DNA of 54,947 bases from Candidatus Aenigmatarchaeota archaeon. Lineage in GTDB: Archaea; Aenigmatarchaeota; Aenigmatarchaeia; CG10238-14; SpSt-28. Where the stretch lies: positions 1-54,947 of the forward strand of contig JAWBAC010000004.1 in NCBI GenBank assembly GCA_038997355.1, given 5' to 3'. The first letter of the stretch is position 1. Every line of letters starts with the position of its first letter. Positions 54,070 through 54,947 of this stretch are shown here, one piece after another. A model generated the notes under the pieces. It made no database searches. It had not been told where the DNA came from and was given only the letters and a program-made list of their open reading frames with translations. Position numbers and translations under genes: made by a program.

Positions 54070-54947
54070 ATGAATGTAAACGAAATAATAGAAGAATATT
54101 ATAAATCTAAAAAACTTTCTTTTTACGAAAAATTTTGCAATTTTTCATATCAAATCTTTAAAATTAAATTATCCAAAGAAGAAGAGGAATTATATGAAGA
54201 AGTTAATAAATTTTGTAGATTAAGAATTCCGCCTGCCTCTAATTTCTCTGCTTCGATTGTTTCATTCTTAATTGGAATAGTCTTAGTAATTTTTCTAGCT
54301 TTTGTTTTTAATTTCTCTATAGCTTTTATCTCTTTCATTCTTGTAGTAACTATTTCTTTTTTTGTTTATTACTATCCATTTCTGAAAGCTAAATTAATAA
54401 GAAATTATGCATCTTCAGAAATGATGCATGCAATCATTTATATGACAATTTCTCTAAAACAAGTTCCAAATTTGGAAAAAGCTGTTTATTTAGTTGCTAC
54501 AAGTCTAAAAGGAGAAATAGGAAATGATTTTAAAAGAATTCTTGCAAAATTTTTAGTTGGAGAAACAACAATAAAAGAAGGATTGAACGAAATTATAGAT
54601 AGATGGTATAAAGAGGCTAGAGAATTCTGCGAAGCTTTAAAACTTTTGATATCTTATTCAGAAAATCCTTATGCATCTGAAAACTTATTGAAAGAAGCTA
54701 TAAGAATAATGCACGACGAAAATTTTGAAAGAATGGAAAGATATGCTAGAAGTTTAAAGCTACCATCTACAATAATAATGGGAATGGGAATAATTTTGCC
54801 TTTACTCTCTCTAACTATTTTACCTCTTTTTTCTGTATTTTTTCCACAGATTTTTTCGTTTATAACACTAATAATAATTTTTAACGTTTTATTGCCTTCA
54901 ATTCTTTTTATAATAATTGCAAGCTTAATTACTTCTAGACCTTTAAC
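54070..54947 (+). CDS. TadB/TadC (T2SS F)-like pilus platform membrane protein, partial at window end
   Basis: Open frame from ATG 54070 to the window end: TM pair, YP...A...R, AIIYMTISL...PNLEKAV......G.IG.DF, then ME.YAR.LK.P......GIILP TM. Not in the ORF track. Confidence 0.72.
   Translation, partial: MNVNEIIEEYYKSKKLSFYEKFCNFSYQIFKIKLSKEEEELYEEVNKFCRLRIPPASNFSASIVSFLIGIVLVIFLAFVFNFSIAFISFILVVTISFFVYYYPFLKAKLIRNYASSEMMHAIIYMTISLKQVPNLEKAVYLVATSLKGEIGNDFKRILAKFLVGETTIKEGLNEIIDRWYKEAREFCEALKLLISYSENPYASENLLKEAIRIMHDENFERMERYARSLKLPSTIIMGMGIILPLLSLTILPLFSVFFPQIFSFITLIIIFNVLLPSILFIIIASLITSRPL

Noticed and set aside
214-54338. Many 60-216 aa ORFs antisense to or nested in real genes (e.g. 4410..4745, 18127..18777, 19045..19488, 26895..27386, 47314..47781, 54150..54338)
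   Set aside because: They are shadow frames rich in F/S/L/I, produced by the complement of K/E-rich coding strands, and carry no motifs.
1-54947. CRISPR array, rRNA, integrase or transposase
   Set aside because: No regularly spaced repeats, no long GC-rich structural RNA, and no recombinase or transposase motifs were seen.

Overview
Very AT-rich, gene-dense archaeal chromosome segment. Most genes are archaeal housekeeping genes: MCM, TBP, Rpo11, Rpo4, eL21, eL39, uS17, uL14, thermosome, prefoldin, Cdc6/Orc1, aIF5B, AlaRS, TyrRS, HisRS, FtsZ, SepF and Smc-ScpA-ScpB. Scrambled operons, tiny intergenic spacers, split or truncated genes and CCA-less tRNAs suggest a reduced-genome DPANN-type archaeon, probably thermophilic (inference). 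There are five tRNA genes: Thr-UGU with an intron, Arg-UCU, Leu-UAG, Ser-GGA and Lys-CUU. The most notable observations are: (1) glmS is split in two, with a GNA1-like acetyltransferase gene at the break, flanked by a short direct repeat and facing a divergent wHTH regulator; (2) an 818-aa Smc with roughly half-length coiled-coil arms; (3) a nucleotidyltransferase-Nudix fusion; (4) a decayed duplicate of tRNA-Arg bracketing a C39-like peptidase gene; (5) an accessory patch between alaS and tyrS holding a helical repeat protein, a dead VapBC pair, a kinase-like protein and a 46-aa AlaRS-linker-like ORF; (6) a pilin-like/TadC-like surface locus with an 888-aa membrane protein, preceded by AGCCCC repeats. 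I saw no CRISPR array, rRNA, integrase or transposase. All family calls come from motif recognition by eye, not from database searches.
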